Source: Candidatus Heimdallarchaeota archaeon
GTDB lineage: Archaea; Asgardarchaeota; Heimdallarchaeia; JABLTI01
Direction of reading: 5' to 3'
DNA length: 64,000 nucleotides
Assembly (NCBI GenBank): GCA_019058275.1
Contig: JAHLVW010000094.1
Coordinates: 32,001-96,000, forward strand
Shown: positions 60,514 through 64,000 of the stretch, piece by piece
How the letters are laid out: each line of letters begins with the position of its first letter
Numbering within the stretch: the first letter of the stretch is position 1
Position numbers and translations under genes: made by a program
Notes under the pieces: model-generated
What the model was told of the DNA's origin: nothing
Database searches by the model: none
The model's input: the letters and a program-made list of their open reading frames with translations, nothing else

Positions 60514-61935
60514 CTACTTAACAATTCCAACTATTGATTTACTTGGGTCAAGTGTTTTTCTTGCGTCTTTCAAATCACTACGTAGATTTGCAGGCATTCT
60601 TGTAGGTAGATTAAATCCACTTTCTTCATCCTGAGCGTAAGCAAATACAAAAGTTAGGTAAGCTGTTTTCATAGGTCTAAATATGAAGAAAGTAGGAATA
60701 TTTGCGAATATTACCATTGGAATTATGCAAATTAACATTGCTGTAGTCCAACTTAAAGAAGGAACTGCTGCTTTTACGATTAAACCAACAATTGCTCCAA
60801 GAATACCATAAATAAAGAAAGCGATCCATTGAACGATGGCCATAGCTCGTTGAACACCAGTTTCACGAATGAGGACATCCATATAGTATTTCTTCAAAAG
60901 ATTAAAACTACGGGTAACACCACTTCTGAAATTTAGTCCTTCCACAGTAATTGCTGGTAAGGTGAAATATGTAAGATACTTGAATACAAAACCAACTATA
61001 GCTGCAATAGCACGAGCTAGAATTGCCAAAACCAAACCTGCAACATTACCTTTTGATTGAGAAGTCGTTGCAGCATTCCTTAACATTTGCTGAATCCAAC
61101 TGACTATTGCAGTAATTGCTCCAAAGGCAAATATAGGACCAAATTGCCCTGCAACATTCCTTACACAGAATTTCATATCCGGATCTCTTTTACGATACCA
61201 TTCGTATGCATATGTTGTATTAATTGATTCAGCAATGTAGAAACTTCCATAATAGACAATTAATTGTAATAATGAAGCAATTGAAGCTACGAGATATCCA
61301 GCCCAAACGAAAGATGTTTCATAGAAAATGGCTACCAAATATGCAAAAATAGATCCCATAGTTAGAAAGTTAATGACTGAAACCCAAGAGACAAAGAGTG
61401 GAGCTAAAATCATACCTTTTTCAGCTAACACTACTTCACCTGTGAACTTCATAAATTCTCCAGCTCTTTTGAACTTTCGAATATTTGTAAACATGCCAAT
61501 AATAAGAAATACTACTGGTACTAGGGAAATCAATGCAATAAGTACACCACCAAATGGTATTGCTAAGAGTATTCCTACAACAGCTCCTATAATATAAACA
61601 GCGATTCCTGCGTAAACCAAGATGTGTCCGAATTTCTTAACCAAGAAAAGCAAAAGCCAACCTACGAGGAAACCAACAACCATCAATCCAACAACGATTA
61701 GGAGGATAACCCACCAGTATTGTTGAATCGTACCTCCAGCAATAATTAGAGCAACTACTGTAGTTAATAAATCACTAATAACTTCACCAAAAGTATCAGA
61801 AGTATTTGGAACTAACGTATTCCATAAAAGAATAAAACAAAGGATACCTATACCAAAGAAAATTAGCGAAACAAAAGTATAACCAAAAATTGCTTTTTTG
61901 TTTGCTGGTTTTGTTGTAATTTTACCAACAGTCAT
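60514..61935 (-). CDS. Choline transporter-like (CTL/SLC44/Pns1-related) polytopic membrane protein
   Basis: About 10 TMs; WY...FGPI.FGAI.AI and KY......AI..EG..F......SF.LL match the CTL C-terminal pattern. Confidence 0.6.
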   Translation of the reverse strand: MTVGKITTKPANKKAIFGYTFVSLIFFGIGILCFILLWNTLVPNTSDTFGEVISDLLTTVVALIIAGGTIQQYWWVILLIVVGLMVVGFLVGWLLLFLVKKFGHILVYAGIAVYIIGAVVGILLAIPFGGVLIALISLVPVVFLIIGMFTNIRKFKRAGEFMKFTGEVVLAEKGMILAPLFVSWVSVINFLTMGSIFAYLVAIFYETSFVWAGYLVASIASLLQLIVYYGSFYIAESINTTYAYEWYRKRDPDMKFCVRNVAGQFGPIFAFGAITAIVSWIQQMLRNAATTSQSKGNVAGLVLAILARAIAAIVGFVFKYLTYFTLPAITVEGLNFRSGVTRSFNLLKKYYMDVLIRETGVQRAMAIVQWIAFFIYGILGAIVGLIVKAAVPSLSWTTAMLICIIPMVIFANIPTFFIFRPMKTAYLTFVFAYAQDEESGFNLPTRMPANLRSDLKDARKTLDPSKSIVGIVK

Positions 61936-62147
61936 TTTTTAACCTCAAAAAATGTTTTTTGATTCTATTTAATGGTTACAACAATGACTTAAGAATATTA
62001 TTGCGAATTAATCTGAAAGATACTTGGTTGCTAATGTAAGCAAATATTGCAAGAATCCTTTTAAAAGAAATAAGCAGTCTTTTTGTTATATACTAAGCAA
62101 AGAGTTTAATGAATATTATTCATTGAATGTAATTAGTGGTGAACTAA

Positions 62148-63593
62148 ATGACTTTGGTTGTTCGAAATACTCTTACTCGAAAAATGGAAGAATTCAAACC
62201 GCTAGTTGATGGTAAAGTTACTATGTATACTTGTGGTCCTACAGTTTATAGCACTCCACATATTGGTAATTATAGAACTTTCTTCATGTCAGATATGATT
62301 CGTAGATATCTTGAATTCAAAGGCTATGAAGTCTTTCATTTAATGAACATCACAGATATTGACGATAAAATAATCCGTGATATAAAAAAAGAGGAAGGTC
62401 TTTCTCTTAAGGAATTTACAGAGAAATACATTGATGTGTTCTTTGAAGGTATTGATTGGCTTAACATAAAACGTGCTCATTTATATCCCAGAGCTACTGA
62501 TCACATTGAAGAAATGGTTGCAATGATCAAAACTCTTGAGGAAAAAGGGTTTGCGTATGAAACGGATGATGGTGTTTATTTCAACATACGAAAGTTCAAA
62601 GAATATGGAAAGCTAGCGAATATTGATCTCGATTCTTTGCAAGTCGGTGAGCGAGCTAGAGCAGACACCTATGAAAAAGGAAGTGTTCAGGATTTCGCAT
62701 TATGGAAGAAAAGCACTGAAGATGAACTAAAACGAAAGATATTCTATGAGAGTCTTTGGGGCAAGGGTCGTCCCGGTTGGTCTATAGAATGTTCAGTTAT
62801 GTCAATGAAGTATTTAGGTGAAACACTGGATATTCATACAGGTGCTGTCGATCTAAAATTCCCACACCATACGAATGAAATTGCCCAATCAGAAGCAACT
62901 ACTGGAAAACTTTTTGTAAAATATTGGTTACATGGTGAATTCTTAAATCTAAAAGAGGAAAAAATGTCAAAATCACTTGGCAATGTTACTACACTTCATG
63001 TGCTAATGGATAAATTCGATGCTGATACAATTCGATATTTCTTCCTTTCAACAAGGTATGATGCTATACTAGAGTTCACTGAGGACAAGATTATTGGAGT
63101 AAAAAATAGTGTAGACAGATTACGAACAACATATGAGAATGTTCAGAGCTATATGCGATCACTTACTCAAAAATCTCCTATGGGTAAACGAGAAGAAACG
63201 TTGCTCAAAGAAGCTCATAAAGTCAGGGAGAATTTCGAAAGAGATATGGACAAAAACTTTGACACACCAAAGGGACTCAAAGCTATTCATGAATTAGCAA
63301 AGGCTTTGAATAAATACATAGAAGGAGAAATCAACCACGGAACCTTAAGTGAAGCATTTGATATTTACAAATTACTACTCTCAATCTTTGGACTCTTTGA
63401 AAAGATCTCTGAAGGATCTCTCGCTGACAATAAAACTTACGATGAGTTACTAAAATTGATTATTGAGCTAAGAAATGAAGCTCGTAAAAAGGAAGATTAT
63501 CCAACTAGTGACAAAATACGTGATAAGTTGGCTGAATTGAATATAGTTCTTGAAGATTCAGCAAAAGGAACAATTTGGAAAATCAAGAAATAG
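62148..63593 (+). CDS. cysS: Cysteine-tRNA ligase
   Basis: CGPTVY, HIGN, DFALWK, GRPGW.IECS, FPHH.NE, KMSKS. Confidence 0.97.
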   Translation: MTLVVRNTLTRKMEEFKPLVDGKVTMYTCGPTVYSTPHIGNYRTFFMSDMIRRYLEFKGYEVFHLMNITDIDDKIIRDIKKEEGLSLKEFTEKYIDVFFEGIDWLNIKRAHLYPRATDHIEEMVAMIKTLEEKGFAYETDDGVYFNIRKFKEYGKLANIDLDSLQVGERARADTYEKGSVQDFALWKKSTEDELKRKIFYESLWGKGRPGWSIECSVMSMKYLGETLDIHTGAVDLKFPHHTNEIAQSEATTGKLFVKYWLHGEFLNLKEEKMSKSLGNVTTLHVLMDKFDADTIRYFFLSTRYDAILEFTEDKIIGVKNSVDRLRTTYENVQSYMRSLTQKSPMGKREETLLKEAHKVRENFERDMDKNFDTPKGLKAIHELAKALNKYIEGEINHGTLSEAFDIYKLLLSIFGLFEKISEGSLADNKTYDELLKLIIELRNEARKKEDYPTSDKIRDKLAELNIVLEDSAKGTIWKIKK

Positions 63594-63625
63594 TAGATTT
63601 AAGGAATCTACTTCTCTTTTTTAAT
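63592..63625 (+). terminator. Hairpin plus U-tract after cysS
   Basis: AGTAGATT-TAAGG-AATCTACT followed by TCTCTTTTTT. Confidence 0.55.
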
Positions 63626-63686
63626 TTCATTATATTAATAAAGTAAGATACATAAAGTCCATTTGCATTATTGCATGTGAATTCTT

Positions 63687-63941
63687 ATGTTCGGGAACTA
63701 TATTAGAAAATTAAAGGATAGAGAGTATGCTTTCGAGTTTGGTCGAAAAATGCAATGTCCTCATTGCAAAGAAAATGTTTCCTGGATAAAGGGATATATT
63801 GGTCAAGATCAAGGATTGAAATCACTAATTGGTACCAAAATAAACATCATGGTTATGGTTTTCCTTTGTCCAAATTGCGAAACAATACTAAATGCACAGC
63901 AAGTTGGTGTAGGAAATAAAATATTTGCAGATTTAAAATAA
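63687..63941 (+). CDS. Small zinc-ribbon protein
   Basis: CPHC...CPNC. Confidence 0.7.
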   Translation: MFGNYIRKLKDREYAFEFGRKMQCPHCKENVSWIKGYIGQDQGLKSLIGTKINIMVMVFLCPNCETILNAQQVGVGNKIFADLK

Positions 63942-64000
63942 TCCTATCCAACAAAGATTCGATTTTTTTTCTTTTTACATTTTTTTGTCTATAAATGAGA

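Overview
AT-rich archaeal chromosomal segment, probably from an Asgard archaeon of Heimdallarchaeia type. The archaeal assignment rests on the core genes (fen, rfcL, hef, radB, thermosome, nop5/fibrillarin, rpl44e, cysS). The Asgard assignment is an inference from the EXO5-like and CTL/SLC44-like proteins and a eukaryote-like 5S loop C. I found no CRISPR array, integrase or transposase. The standout feature is a circularly permuted 5S rRNA gene at 52572-52727. The 3' half of 5S precedes the 5' half, the normal termini are joined by 2 nt, and the unit sits inside a processing stem with a relaxed bulge-helix-bulge. Canonical cleavage and ligation would release an exactly 120-nt circle that restores the conserved CCCGGAA|GUUAAGCC sequence. 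The second candidate is a ~18-kb region (19.4-37.7 kb) that couples Ig-repeat surface proteins and membrane proteins to RadB, Hef, an XPD-like helicase, a degenerate HerA/VirB4-like protein and an OB-fold protein, possibly a DNA import/recombination system. All calls come from manual motif recognition; no database searches were run.
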